Of a stretch of DNA of 64,000 nucleotides, positions 13,080 to 21,817 are shown piece by piece (position 1 is the stretch's first letter; the number at the start of each line of letters is the position of its first letter). Both the position numbers and the translations under genes were made by a program. Source of the stretch: Candidatus Spongiisociaceae bacterium (GTDB lineage Bacteria > Actinomycetota > Acidimicrobiia > Spongiisociales > Spongiisociaceae); NCBI GenBank assembly GCA_965202665.1, contig OZ241841.1, positions 1,984,001 to 2,048,000 of the forward strand. The letters are read 5' to 3'. Under the pieces are notes generated by a model. That model saw only the letters and a list, made by a program, of their open reading frames with translations, searched no databases and was not told where the DNA came from.

Positions 13080-13082
13080 TGA
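10815..13082 (+). CDS. Tandem ProX-ProX glycine betaine-type substrate-binding lipoprotein
   Basis: SD AAGGAGG 10801; lipobox VAAAC; Pro/Thr/Ala linker; two complete ProX domains, each with the three-Trp box motifs. Confidence 0.88.
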   Translation: MFRSSKWLAALAVLMLVAAACGGGDDDATPAPETPTTVASAGADTTETTAATESPDAAETPTTTAAAPDAPAQPEEGMALPGEGVSLTMAQANWSTGYFQAALYRSLLQRLGYEVSDPADLELGPSLAYLAMAEGDADFWVNSWFPIHNSWLANELPDGSRVGDHLSVIGSEMPAGGLQGYLITKSFAEKHGIVTLDDLNDNPDAIAEYDAQDTNPGNGVAEIYGCPESWTCDDIIQSQIAFSGWENIDQVLAGYDAMFAEAVAKANEGAPMVAYTWTPSSYITQLRPGDNVVWLGVDRILDSSNPLDREGGEGWDQTPGTAAIGADSCPDAAERGICQLGWAAADILVTARNDLIRNHPAAASLLANVALNVVDVSLQVVAQEGGESPVDLAEQWIANNQDKVNAWLERATAAHNRTGEPGEGVSLTMAQANWSTGYFQAALYRDLLQRLGYEVSDPADLELGPSLAYLAMAEGDADFWVNSWYPIHNSWLANELPDGSLVGDHLTVVGEEMPAGGLQGFLITKSFAEEYGITTLDDLNGNPDAIAAYDAQDATPGNGVAEIYGCPESWTCDDIIESQIAFSGWDNIGQVLAGYDAMFAEASAKASEGAPMVAYTWTPSSYITQLRPGDNVVWVGVEDVLDDSNPLDREGGEEWDQRPGTATLSSESCPDAVERGTCQLGWLAADILVTARNDLLENHPAAAKLLELVELNVVDVSLQVVAQDGGETPKDLATQWIANNQSKVDSWLAVARASA

Positions 13083-13102
13083 CGCTGGTTCCTCCGTTTT
13101 AA

Positions 13103-13262
13103 CGGAAAGGGCGCCCCGCAAGCGGGGCGCCCTTCCTTATGGATTCGCCGACCATCGTGACCATAATCCAGGTGGCCGGCGAGCCCGCGCGGCGGTTCGC
13201 GGAACTCGAAGGGAACCCAGTTCCCGGCGGAACTGGGGGAGTCCGCAGAACCTGCGCTGGCA
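13103..13262 (-). ncRNA. Candidate ~160-nt orphan small RNA
   Basis: Lies between a TTGACA-N18-TATGTT promoter and the 13107-13134 hairpin; contains hairpins cgcag-gtt-ctgcg and cccagttcc-gccg-ggaactggg. Confidence 0.45.
13107..13134. terminator. GC-rich hairpin, probably a bidirectional terminator
   Basis: aagggcgccccgc-aa-gcggggcgccctt with pyrimidine runs after it on both strands. Confidence 0.75.
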
Positions 13263-13268
13263 CCCCCA

Positions 13269-13298
13269 AACATACCATGCCGGTGGGAATATTGTCAA
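13269..13298 (-). promoter_or_regulatory. Sigma70/SigA-type promoter
   Basis: Minus strand TTGACA (13298-13293), 18 nt, TATGTT (13274-13269). Confidence 0.6.
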
Positions 13299-13367
13299 AT
13301 GCCCGTAAGGCGGATGCGGGTTTATCCGACAAGGCGGCGAACGAAGCGCCGTCCTGTGGAAGTCCTT

Positions 13368-13439
13368 AAAAAGACCCGGCCCCAACAGGGCCGGGTGGTC
13401 AAGTGTTTCAAGGGCCTAACGGCCTTGAAACGTAGCGCT
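13368..13439 (-). ncRNA. Candidate ~72-nt two-hairpin small RNA, copy A (NYN-associated)
   Basis: Hairpins at 13405-13431 and 13374-13396 followed by a U-tract; downstream of a consensus promoter; near-identical to copy B. Confidence 0.65.
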
Positions 13440-13445
13440 AGCGTC

Positions 13446-13475
13446 ATTATACACATTTGTCTTTCGGGTTGTCAA
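13446..13475 (-). promoter_or_regulatory. Consensus sigma70/SigA promoter of small RNA copy A
   Basis: Minus strand TTGACA-N18-TATAAT. Confidence 0.8.
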
Positions 13476-13493
13476 GCCGTCCGCCGAATTTCT

Positions 13494-13545
13494 TCATCAT
13501 CTCCTGGGCCGGTGGATCGACACTGTTGCCTCGGGGTAGCTGGCG
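13494..13545 (-). pseudogene. Degenerate 3' remnant of a second NYN gene
   Basis: Reads RQLP(+1 nt)EATVSIHRPRR** versus [16 protein letters not shown] at the end of the intact NYN (14163-14900); same position relative to the small-RNA promoter. Confidence 0.6.
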
Positions 13546-13590
13546 GGGCCATGCTCGTTCCGTATGACCACCGGCCACTGGGGCGCTAGG

Positions 13591-13933
13591 CGTACTTGGC
13601 CAGGACGTTGGTGACGGTTTGGTTGTTGCATAAGTGAGGACGATCAGCCGCATCCTCCGCCGCCACGGGATGTTGCGTCTGTGGGAATGCGACCCGCTGA
13701 CCGGCGAACCGCTCAAAATCTCTCCCGGGCCGGTGGTGCGGTATGAACGTGAACGGCTTGGTGAGTTGCTGCATATGGATGTTAAGAAGCTTTCTTCCAT
13801 ACCGCCCGGCGGTGGATGGAAGACCCACGGCCGGGGCAACGCCCCCGCCGGAGGGGCGGGGTGGACTTTTGTGCACTCTGTCGGAGGAACACTACCAACC
13901 AGCAGACTGTAACCAACCTACCGGCCATGTACA
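13591..13933 (+). mobile_element. Internally deleted IS481-family element (343 bp, MITE-like)
   Basis: Transposase fragment RYERERLGELLHMDVKKL..IPPGGGW..HGR; imperfect terminal IRs (19/25 match) ending in TGTACA; CTAG-containing flanks gctagg/tctagg. Confidence 0.8.
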
Positions 13934-14034
13934 TCTAGGAACAAAGACCTCCCACTGGTCTCTGGCGGCAATCAACCTGTTTCGCGGAGGCGGGTTTGCG
14001 CGGCGGGGCGACGCGCGGTCTTTTGAGAGCGGTT

Positions 14035-14106
14035 AAGAAGACCCGGCCCTAACAGGGCCGGGTGAGTAACTGTTTCAAGGACCTAACGGCCTTGAAACGT
14101 AGCGCT
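14035..14106 (-). ncRNA. Candidate ~72-nt two-hairpin small RNA, copy B (directly downstream of intact NYN gene)
   Basis: Hairpins at 14072-14098 and 14041-14063, then CUUCUU; both loops carry GUUAGG. Confidence 0.68.
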
Positions 14107-14112
14107 GGCGTC

Positions 14113-14142
14113 ATTATACATATTTGTCTTTCGGGTTGTCAA
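14113..14142 (-). promoter_or_regulatory. Consensus sigma70/SigA promoter of small RNA copy B
   Basis: Minus strand TTGACA-N18-TATAAT beginning 20 nt after the NYN stop codon. Confidence 0.8.
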
Positions 14143-14162
14143 GTCGTCTGCCGATTTTTTCT

Positions 14163-14900
14163 TCACCATCCCCGGGGTCGGTGGACGGACCCCACTGCCT
14201 CGGGTAGTTGGCAAGATGTGAAATCCGCTTTTGACAGTTGGTACCACCAATGTCCGCCCCTGCCATCCGTCGGCTTGCCCCGCAGATCCCCGGCTCTTGG
14301 AGAGGGGCTGGGGTTAACGGTGCCGATTGGGGCCCGTAGGCGACATGCTTGGATGGGCAACCGCAGATCGCTGTCGTTGGAGATGACGATTGCGGCGTCG
14401 ACGCGTCCTTTTAGTACATCCAGTAGCAGATGCGAGGCTACGTTCACGTCTGAGCCTTTTTCTTCGATTCGCAGATAGGAGACCATGAACCGGGCGTTGG
14501 GAACGGCTGCGCCCTGCTCGTTCTGTATAACCACCGGCCACCGGGACGTGACGATCGAAGGACGACCCTCTTGGTCTTTGGTCGCAAGTAGCCCGTTTCT
14601 CACCCTGGTGCTGAAACGGCCTTGTTCCAAGTGGTCGATGGAGCGGTGATCCTGTAACGCTCTAACGTAGGCATCTTGGTCCAGGCGCCCTTGGCGGTTG
14701 TGTTGACCGTCGATGAAGGCGGTGCAGTAGACGATCCGCTCGATTACCGCTCCCTGCTCCGTCCAGTCGCGCCGCCGGTCGATCAATCGTTGGCTCAGCT
14801 GGCGGAGGTCGAGCCATCGCCATTCGGGGATTCCCCGGCCGAACAGGGCCCTGCCCCCGTAGTAGAGGTTGAAGCCGTCAATGTACACGCCCACTTTCAT
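14163..14900 (-). CDS. NYN domain (LabA/DUF88, PIN-like fold) ribonuclease, 245 aa
   Basis: [31 protein letters not shown] acidic catalytic motifs; SD GGAGAG; codon usage less GC-biased than neighbours. Confidence 0.9.
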   Translation of the reverse strand: MKVGVYIDGFNLYYGGRALFGRGIPEWRWLDLRQLSQRLIDRRRDWTEQGAVIERIVYCTAFIDGQHNRQGRLDQDAYVRALQDHRSIDHLEQGRFSTRVRNGLLATKDQEGRPSIVTSRWPVVIQNEQGAAVPNARFMVSYLRIEEKGSDVNVASHLLLDVLKGRVDAAIVISNDSDLRLPIQACRLRAPIGTVNPSPSPRAGDLRGKPTDGRGGHWWYQLSKADFTSCQLPEAVGSVHRPRGW

Positions 14901-14966
14901 GTTTCTCTCCCGGTAGCGGATGCTCGGATGACCCGCCCAATATAACCGGCGGGTAGATTTACGGAT

Positions 14967-17699
14967 ATGGGAACCGAACCAGCGGAAATAGGCGGCGGCG
15001 CCGAGGCGGGGGCGGACCCGTTGGAGGTGGTGGACGCCGAACTGCGGGCCGACATCCGGCGGTTGGGCCGGCAATTGGGCGACACGCTGGTCCGCCAGCA
15101 CGGGGAGGACCTGTTGGAGTCGGTGGAGGCGGTCCGCACCCTTTCCCGGCGGTTGCGCCTCGCCGAATCGGAGGTTTCCCGGGAGCTGACCGAACTGCTG
15201 GCCGCCGCCGATCCGGAACGGGCCAGCCTGTTGGTGGGGGCCTTTACCGTCTACTTCCATTTGGCCAATGTGACCGAGCAGGTCCATCGGGTGGAGGATA
15301 TGAACGCCGAGGGGGACACCTCCGAACGGCGTTTTGCGGAAACCTTGCGCGCCCTGGTGGAGGGCGGGGTTGCGGCGGACGAAGTAGCGGCCTTGGTTAA
15401 CCGCACCGCCCTCAAGCCGGTGTTCACCGCCCACCCCACTGAAGCCACACGCCGTTCGGTGTTGGAAAAGTTGGCCGAAATCGCCCAAGCCACCGCCGCC
15501 CGCAATCGCGAGCGGGCCACTCCCTCCGACCGGGCCCGCATCGATCGGCGGATCAACGAACTGTTGGAGGCCGTGTGGCAGACCGACGAGATTCGCGCCC
15601 GCCGCCCCGATCCGATCGACGAGGCCCGGTTTGTCCGTTACTACTTGGATCAGACCATCCGCGAGGCGATGCCCGCCTTGCTGGATTCCATCGCGGCCGG
15701 GATGGGGGCCATCGGAGGGGAGCTGGCCCCCGCCCACTCCCCAATTAGGTTCGGGTCATGGGTGGGCGGCGACCGGGACGGAAATCCCAATGTGACCCCG
15801 GAGATGACCGAAGCGGTGTTGCTCCAGCAACGCCGGGAATCACTGGAAATCCTCCAAGACCAGGTGCGGGAGTTGGCAAGTCAGATGAGCGTCGGTTCGC
15901 AAGTGGCGGGGGCGCCCGCCGAGATGCGCCAGTTCATCGCCCGCCACCAATCCGACTTCGCCGAAGAGTTGGCTGCCGGGGATCCGGATCAGCCCTACCG
16001 CCTGGCCTGCTCCGTCATCTTCCAGCGGTTGCGGGAGGCCCGGGACGGGGGTCGGCGCGGCTACCGCAGTCCGGGGGAGATGCAGGCCGATTTGGCTGCG
16101 CTGGATGCGTCGTTGCGGGCCAACAAAGGTGAGTTGCTGGCCGAGGGACGGTTGGCCCGGTTGCGGCGGACGGTGGATATGATCGGGTTCCACTTGGCCG
16201 CCTTGGACATCCGCCAGCACACCGACAGCCACCACGATGCGGTGGCCGCCCTCGCCGCCCCCCTCGGCGTTGATTACGCCGCCGCCGACCGCGCCGCCCG
16301 TATCGCTTACCTGTCCAAGGAGTTGGACAGCCCCCGCCCGCTGGCCCCGCCCGGCCGGGAAGACGTTCCGGAGGCCCTGGCCCTGTTTGAAACGTTGCGC
16401 CGATGCCTGGATGAGTTGGGCGATGAGGTGGTGGACTCCTACATTATTTCCATGACCGCCGGCCCGGACGATGTGCTGGCCGCGGTGGTTCTGGCCCGGG
16501 AGGTGGGGTTGGTGGACTTGGACCAGGGCGTTGCCCGGCTGGACTTCGTTCCCCTGTTTGAAACCATCGACGACCTGCGTTCCCTGGGCGAAACCCTTAC
16601 CGCCCTGTTTGCCATTCCCGCCTACCGGAGGCTGGTGGAGGCGCGGGGCGGGGTGCAGGAGGTGATGGTCGGCTACTCCGACTCCAACAAAGACGGCGGA
16701 ATAACCACTTCGCAATGGGAGATTTACAAGGCGTTGCAGGCGATTCGGGATGTTTCCGAAGCGACCGGGGTGCGGGTGGAGGTGTTTCACGGCCGGGGCG
16801 GTTCCATCGGCAGGGGGGGCGGTCCCACCCACGCCGCCATTCTCAGCCAGCCGGACGGGGTGTTGGACGGGGTGGTCAAATTCACCGAACAAGGCGAGGT
16901 GATCGCCGACAAATACGGGTTGCCGGAGCTGGCCGTTCAGAACCTGGATTTGGCCCTGTCGGCTTTGGTGGAGGCCTCGGCGGGCGGCTCCGCTCCTCCG
17001 GCCGACCCGGCGGACGCCGGCCGCTGGAGCCAAATAATGGACCTGATGTCGGAGGCCGCCTATCGGGCCTACCGCGACTTCGCGCAGACCCCCGGAATGG
17101 TGGAATATTTCGTTTCTTCCACTCCGGTGGAGGAGTTGGCCAGTCTGAACATCGGCTCCCGTCCCGCCCGCCGGGTGGAAGGCGGGGGGGATGTGGCCGA
17201 CCTGCGGGCCATCCCCTGGGTGTTCGGTTGGACCCAGTCCCGCCAGATCATCCCCGGTTGGTTCGGGGTGGGGGCCGGGTTGGAGGCGGTGCGGGAAGCC
17301 GGATACGGGGAGGAGGCCTCCCGGATGTACCGGGAGTGGCCTTTTTTCCGGATGTTCGTTTCCAATGTGGAGATGACCTTGGTCAAAACCGATCTGGGGA
17401 TCGCCCGCCATTACGTAAACAACCTGACCCCCCCCGAACACCGGGGCTTGCTGGAGGTGATCTCCGCCGAGCATCGTCGCACCGTTTCCGGTTTGACGGC
17501 GGTGACCGGAGCGGAATTGTTGGCCGACCGCCCCCTCCTGCGGCGCACTTTGACCGTGCGGGACGCCTACCTGGATCCCCTGAACGTGCTTCAGGTGGAG
17601 TTGCTGTCGCGCACCCGGGCGGGCGAAGCCGACAAACACCAGCGGGCCCTGTCGCTGACCATCAACGGCATCGCCGCCGGAATGCGCAACACCGGCTGA
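14967..17699 (+). CDS. ppc: Phosphoenolpyruvate carboxylase
   Basis: [57 protein letters not shown]-terminal MRNTG. Confidence 0.97.
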   Translation: MGTEPAEIGGGAEAGADPLEVVDAELRADIRRLGRQLGDTLVRQHGEDLLESVEAVRTLSRRLRLAESEVSRELTELLAAADPERASLLVGAFTVYFHLANVTEQVHRVEDMNAEGDTSERRFAETLRALVEGGVAADEVAALVNRTALKPVFTAHPTEATRRSVLEKLAEIAQATAARNRERATPSDRARIDRRINELLEAVWQTDEIRARRPDPIDEARFVRYYLDQTIREAMPALLDSIAAGMGAIGGELAPAHSPIRFGSWVGGDRDGNPNVTPEMTEAVLLQQRRESLEILQDQVRELASQMSVGSQVAGAPAEMRQFIARHQSDFAEELAAGDPDQPYRLACSVIFQRLREARDGGRRGYRSPGEMQADLAALDASLRANKGELLAEGRLARLRRTVDMIGFHLAALDIRQHTDSHHDAVAALAAPLGVDYAAADRAARIAYLSKELDSPRPLAPPGREDVPEALALFETLRRCLDELGDEVVDSYIISMTAGPDDVLAAVVLAREVGLVDLDQGVARLDFVPLFETIDDLRSLGETLTALFAIPAYRRLVEARGGVQEVMVGYSDSNKDGGITTSQWEIYKALQAIRDVSEATGVRVEVFHGRGGSIGRGGGPTHAAILSQPDGVLDGVVKFTEQGEVIADKYGLPELAVQNLDLALSALVEASAGGSAPPADPADAGRWSQIMDLMSEAAYRAYRDFAQTPGMVEYFVSSTPVEELASLNIGSRPARRVEGGGDVADLRAIPWVFGWTQSRQIIPGWFGVGAGLEAVREAGYGEEASRMYREWPFFRMFVSNVEMTLVKTDLGIARHYVNNLTPPEHRGLLEVISAEHRRTVSGLTAVTGAELLADRPLLRRTLTVRDAYLDPLNVLQVELLSRTRAGEADKHQRALSLTINGIAAGMRNTG

Positions 17700-17709
17700 C
17701 CCGCGCCGG

Positions 17710-19244
17710 TCAGGTTTTAAAGTAAACCGCCGTCCGCCGGGACCCTTCCATCCGCAGTCGGCCTTGGTCCCGTAACCGCCGTAGCAGGTGGGTGGCTCTG
17801 GTGGGGTCAATCAGGCACAATTCGGCTACTTCGCTCCGAGTTATGGAGCCGTTGGCCTCCACATAGTTCATCACCAGCCGTTCCCGTCTGGCCCACCTGC
17901 TGGCCCGCTGGTTTAAGCCAGTCCCAGATTCAACTGGATGGATTTGGGGCAACGGCGCTGTTGGGCCTTGGAACTGGTATTCATTTCTGGCCTCGTAAAA
18001 TTCCATCAGATCCGACAGGGGAAACCGTTGGCCGTTGCGGCTCCCCTCCCTAAGTTGCCGGACCATTTGCTTGTCGGCCAATCCGGGGGCGACGCGGGCT
18101 ACAACCTGGCGTGGGTCGCTACCGCCGTAATCGGGCGGCGGGCGCCCCAGCAACAGCTGTCCCTCAAAAATACGAGCGATGCCCCGTCCGGTGCGTTCCA
18201 CCAGGCCGGCCCCTTTGAAAGCATCGACCAGCCGGGGATTGCGCGCCCGGGGAGGAGCGATTATTAGATTGGCGAGGGTTATCCCCTCCGGAAAGCCGCC
18301 GGGGTTGGAGACCGTTAGCGCGCCGTCGCTGATCTGCACCAGCGTCATTCCCTGATCCGCGTAGTCGCGATGGATGAGGGCGTTGGCGATCAGTTCGCGG
18401 ATGGTTACTTCGGCGAAATGAGGCAAACCGATGCGCTGGGAATCGAGATCCATTTCTTCTTCGGAGTTGCGGGCCCGCACCCGGTCGGATATTTCCGCCA
18501 TTGCCTTGAGCAACGGGATGCGCCGTATCTCATTGACCCGTACCTGCAGATGATCCAGCTCTTGAAAGCCGACTTCGTAGGCGGGCAGATGTTTGGCGAT
18601 GGCCTTTTCTTTGCCGAATAACAACAAAGCCCCTACCGTGATGTTTTCCTCCGAGTCGGTGAGGTTCAGGGCTTGCAGAAGGTCATGGTCGGAGAGACTG
18701 GTTAGGGTTTTGTCGCCGTCTGATTCCGCCATCTCCCGGAAACGGGAAAATTCGGCATCGGAAAGATCGCTCTTGGTCGCCGCAGATAAAGTTACGCTGG
18801 AAAAATCCAGCACGCCGATGCTGCCCGCTCGCCCCACCACTTATGGGGCCGCATAGGAAGACACTCCGGTTGCCCGTGTATGTCCAGCGTTCGGCGTAGG
18901 AACTTGCCGGACTTGGTGGAAACAACATCCTGTCCAACCGGGACCTTAACGGCGATCACTTCCTTGCCGTTGATGGGTACCACCTGTACGGCGGCATCTA
19001 CCGCTGGTTCGGTGCGGCTGGCGATCAACGCTTGCAGTCGCTCTGGATCTGTGTGCCTGCCGTGACGAGGTTCAGCTCCGGTGATATTTCCTTGGTCGTC
19101 AACCCCGACCAGAAGCCAGCCTCCGCGTCCGTTGGCTAAACAGACCACCGATTCCACTAGATCCTTGTCGTTTGCGCGACTTTTGAACTCGACGTTGAGC
19201 GTCTCGCCTTCGGAAACCAGGCCCTGGAGAGTTGTAGTGTCCAT
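17710..19244 (-). pseudogene. AlbA_2/Schlafen-like + HATPase_c_4 (RecG-C-like) + HTH ATP-binding protein, split by a 1-nt deletion near 18842
   Basis: GETLNVEFKS, CLANGRGGWLLVGVDD (AlbA_2); RELIANALIHRDY, NPGG, RNP, VERTGRGI; C-terminal HTH; restoring one G gives PH-E-VVGRAG in frame. Confidence 0.8.
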
Positions 19245-19256
19245 ATGGCTATTATA

Positions 19257-19486
19257 CCACTTTAGGCCAGGTTTTGCGTTTCGGGTTTGTAAGGGGTGTT
19301 GTTAAAGTTTGTATAGCTCTGGTTTTTTTGCGCATTTTTTGGGTTTGCGCTTATAATTTTTGTAAAATGAGGGAACTTTTTTGTTAAAGTTTGTAAAGGC
19401 CCCTGATTTTACGTCATTTTAGAGGCCAGTTTTGCGTAAAATTTTCTGGGGTGCCAAAAACAGGGGATTTTTTACGCGGATGGGTT
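19257..19486. repeat. AT-rich intergenic tract with short direct repeats
   Basis: ttgttaaagtttgta at 19299 and 19381; recurring ttttgcg; far lower GC than the flanks. Confidence 0.6.
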
Positions 19487-20611
19487 TTAAAATTTTACGG
19501 GGGTGATGAAAGGGAGGGGGTGGGCGACGGCGGTGCGGGGGAGGCCGTCCGCCTCGGTTTGCAGTCGGGTTTCGGGTTGGGCGCAGGGGCTTTCCACGAA
19601 CACGTAGCCCAGGTTGGTCTCGAAGCGGGGGGAGTAGCAGGCCGACGTCAACACCCCCACCGTCCGTCCTCCGGCGGTTACCGGGCGGTGTTCGGGGAAG
19701 GCCGTTATAGGCGGGCCGTCGATGTAGGCGCCGGTCAGCAGGCGATGGGGCGGGCGCTCCGCCAACTCCTCCAAGGCGGCCCGTCCCACGAAGTCCGTCC
19801 CGGGCGGGAACTCAACCAGCCTCCCGAACCCCAACTCGTAAGGGTTCACCGAATCGTTCATGTCGGTTCCGTAGGAAAGAATGCCCCCCTCCATGCGGCG
19901 AATCTGGTTGGGGGAGCCGGGTTGCGCTCCATAGGGTTCCCCCGCCGCGAACACCCGGTCCCACAGCCGCCCTCCCTCCGCTGCATCGGTCAGGAAAACC
20001 TCGTAGCCGAACTCGCCCGACCAGCCGGTGCGCGACACCAAAAGTTCCATTCCGTCCAGACGGGTCCAGGCCGCCCGGTAGTAGCCCAGGTTGGCGATGT
20101 CCTCCCCGAACAGATCGGTCGCCAAAGCTTTTGATTTGGGTCCCTGGATCTGCAGGGGCGAAACGTCGGGCTCGCGCACTTCCACTGCAAATCCCCGTTC
20201 GGCGGCTATGGCCTGCGCCCACAGCAACACATCCCGGTCGGCCAGCGACAGCCAAAACCGGTCTTCGGCCACTCGCAACAACACCGGATCGTTCACCACG
20301 CCCCCCCGGTGATTGCACAGAAACGTGTAGCGGGCCCGGGCCACCTCCATCCGGGAAACATCCCGGGTGCACAGGTACTGGGTGAGCGCCAAGGCGTCCC
20401 GCCCGCGGATTTCCACCTGCCGCTGGCATCCCACATCCCAGACGGCCACGTCCTCCACCAAGGCCCGGTATTCCTCCAGCGTCCCGGCGAATCGGCTGGG
20501 CAGAATCATATGGTTGTAGACCGTGGCCCCTTTGGCCCCGGCGGCCAAGGCCCGCTCCAAAAAAGGGGAGGGGCGGAGACGGGGGGTGCGTTCCAGGGCC
20601 AGGTCATCCAT
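19487..20611 (-). CDS. GcvT-family THF-dependent demethylase, DmdA-like
   Basis: VYNHMILP, WDVGCQRQVEI, NDPVLL, IQGPKS, SRTGWSGEFGYE, LSYGTD, SACYSP, LPF resemble DMSP demethylase-type aminomethyltransferases. Confidence 0.8.
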   Translation of the reverse strand: MDDLALERTPRLRPSPFLERALAAGAKGATVYNHMILPSRFAGTLEEYRALVEDVAVWDVGCQRQVEIRGRDALALTQYLCTRDVSRMEVARARYTFLCNHRGGVVNDPVLLRVAEDRFWLSLADRDVLLWAQAIAAERGFAVEVREPDVSPLQIQGPKSKALATDLFGEDIANLGYYRAAWTRLDGMELLVSRTGWSGEFGYEVFLTDAAEGGRLWDRVFAAGEPYGAQPGSPNQIRRMEGGILSYGTDMNDSVNPYELGFGRLVEFPPGTDFVGRAALEELAERPPHRLLTGAYIDGPPITAFPEHRPVTAGGRTVGVLTSACYSPRFETNLGYVFVESPCAQPETRLQTEADGLPRTAVAHPLPFITPVKF

Positions 20612-21764
20612 CAGGTTTCAAATCTCCCGATTCGGAGTCGGCGGGGGCGGAGGATTTCCGGTGGCGGTAGGCCAGCCAGAAGGTAAAGGCCAAAGCCCCG
20701 GTCGCCAGCAGCGAAACCGCTGGCCGCAGGGTGTTGATGCGGTCGAACCACGCTCCTACCAGGGCCACCGTAACCCCGCCGATGGCCGCCGCGGCGGTCA
20801 GTCCCAAGGTTACGGCGCGCAACGCCAACGGCGGGGGCATTTCCCGGTCGGCGGCCAGGCCCATCAATCCCCACACCGGATAGTGGAAGGCCGCGTAGCA
20901 GAGGGCCGTCGCCGCCAAGGCCGCGTATGACCAGAAGTTGGCCGCGGCCAGCAACGCCGCCGTATAGATGGAGGCGGTTACCACTATGGCGCGCACCGGC
21001 CCGGCGCGGTCGGCCAAAGACCCGATGGGGGCGGCCGTCGCCAGAACCGTCAACCCGATCAGCCACCACAGGGCGGCGGCCGCCAACGGTCCCGCCCCCA
21101 ACTCGTCGACGGCCGCCACCGTCAAATAGACCCCCATCGTGAAACCGGTTACCGCGGTGGACACCGAGGTGATGATCACCGTCCGTCCGGCGGTCATCCC
21201 CCACACCGCCCGCAACGAACCCGACCGCTCCGGCGGGGGCCCCACCGGGGGGAGGGGCCGCCTGATCATGATGGGGACCGCCGCCGTCGCTACCGCCGCG
21301 CACCCGGCGGCGAACAGGAAGGCCAGTCGCCAATTCTCCGTTCCGGTCAGGGACCAGATGAAGAAACCGTTCAGGGCGGTCCCGATGCCCGTGCCTGAAG
21401 AGGCCATGCTCATCACCAGCCCCCGCCGTTGCGCGTCCGTCACCCGCCCGGCGGACTGCAGGGTGGAGGCCCAGTTGAGGGGGGCCGACATACCGAGGGT
21501 GACCACGCACAGGGCCAGCACCGGGGCGGAACGGACCGACGACACCAAGAGAAGCCCGGCCCCGGTCAGGGCGTAGGTTCCCATCAACAGCCTCCGCAAA
21601 CCGAAGCGGGCCGCCACCCGGGGGGTCAGGGCCGCCCCCAGGCTGTAGGCGAACATGGCGGCCGACACCGCCAAGCCCAGCGCCCCGTAGCCGGAGTCCA
21701 TGGAACGCGAGATGCGGGGCAACATGGCGGGAATCAAACCCATCCCGAACCCGTGGGTGACCAT
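20604..21764 (-). CDS. MFS transporter (may start upstream at CTG 21821)
   Basis: About 12 hydrophobic segments; GSLADRAG motif; overlaps downstream gene start. Confidence 0.85.
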   Translation of the reverse strand: MVTHGFGMGLIPAMLPRISRSMDSGYGALGLAVSAAMFAYSLGAALTPRVAARFGLRRLLMGTYALTGAGLLLVSSVRSAPVLALCVVTLGMSAPLNWASTLQSAGRVTDAQRRGLVMSMASSGTGIGTALNGFFIWSLTGTENWRLAFLFAAGCAAVATAAVPIMIRRPLPPVGPPPERSGSLRAVWGMTAGRTVIITSVSTAVTGFTMGVYLTVAAVDELGAGPLAAAALWWLIGLTVLATAAPIGSLADRAGPVRAIVVTASIYTAALLAAANFWSYAALAATALCYAAFHYPVWGLMGLAADREMPPPLALRAVTLGLTAAAAIGGVTVALVGAWFDRINTLRPAVSLLATGALAFTFWLAYRHRKSSAPADSESGDLKPDG

Positions 21765-21817
21765 GATCCCCCAACCGAAGAGAACCCCGGCCGCCGGAGC
21801 TTTGAGACGGGGCCCGG

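Noticed and set aside
14901-15737. 524-aa version of the NYN ORF
   Set aside because: The extra N-terminal part is the antisense shadow of ppc; the NYN fold starts at MKVGVYIDG (14900) with its own SD
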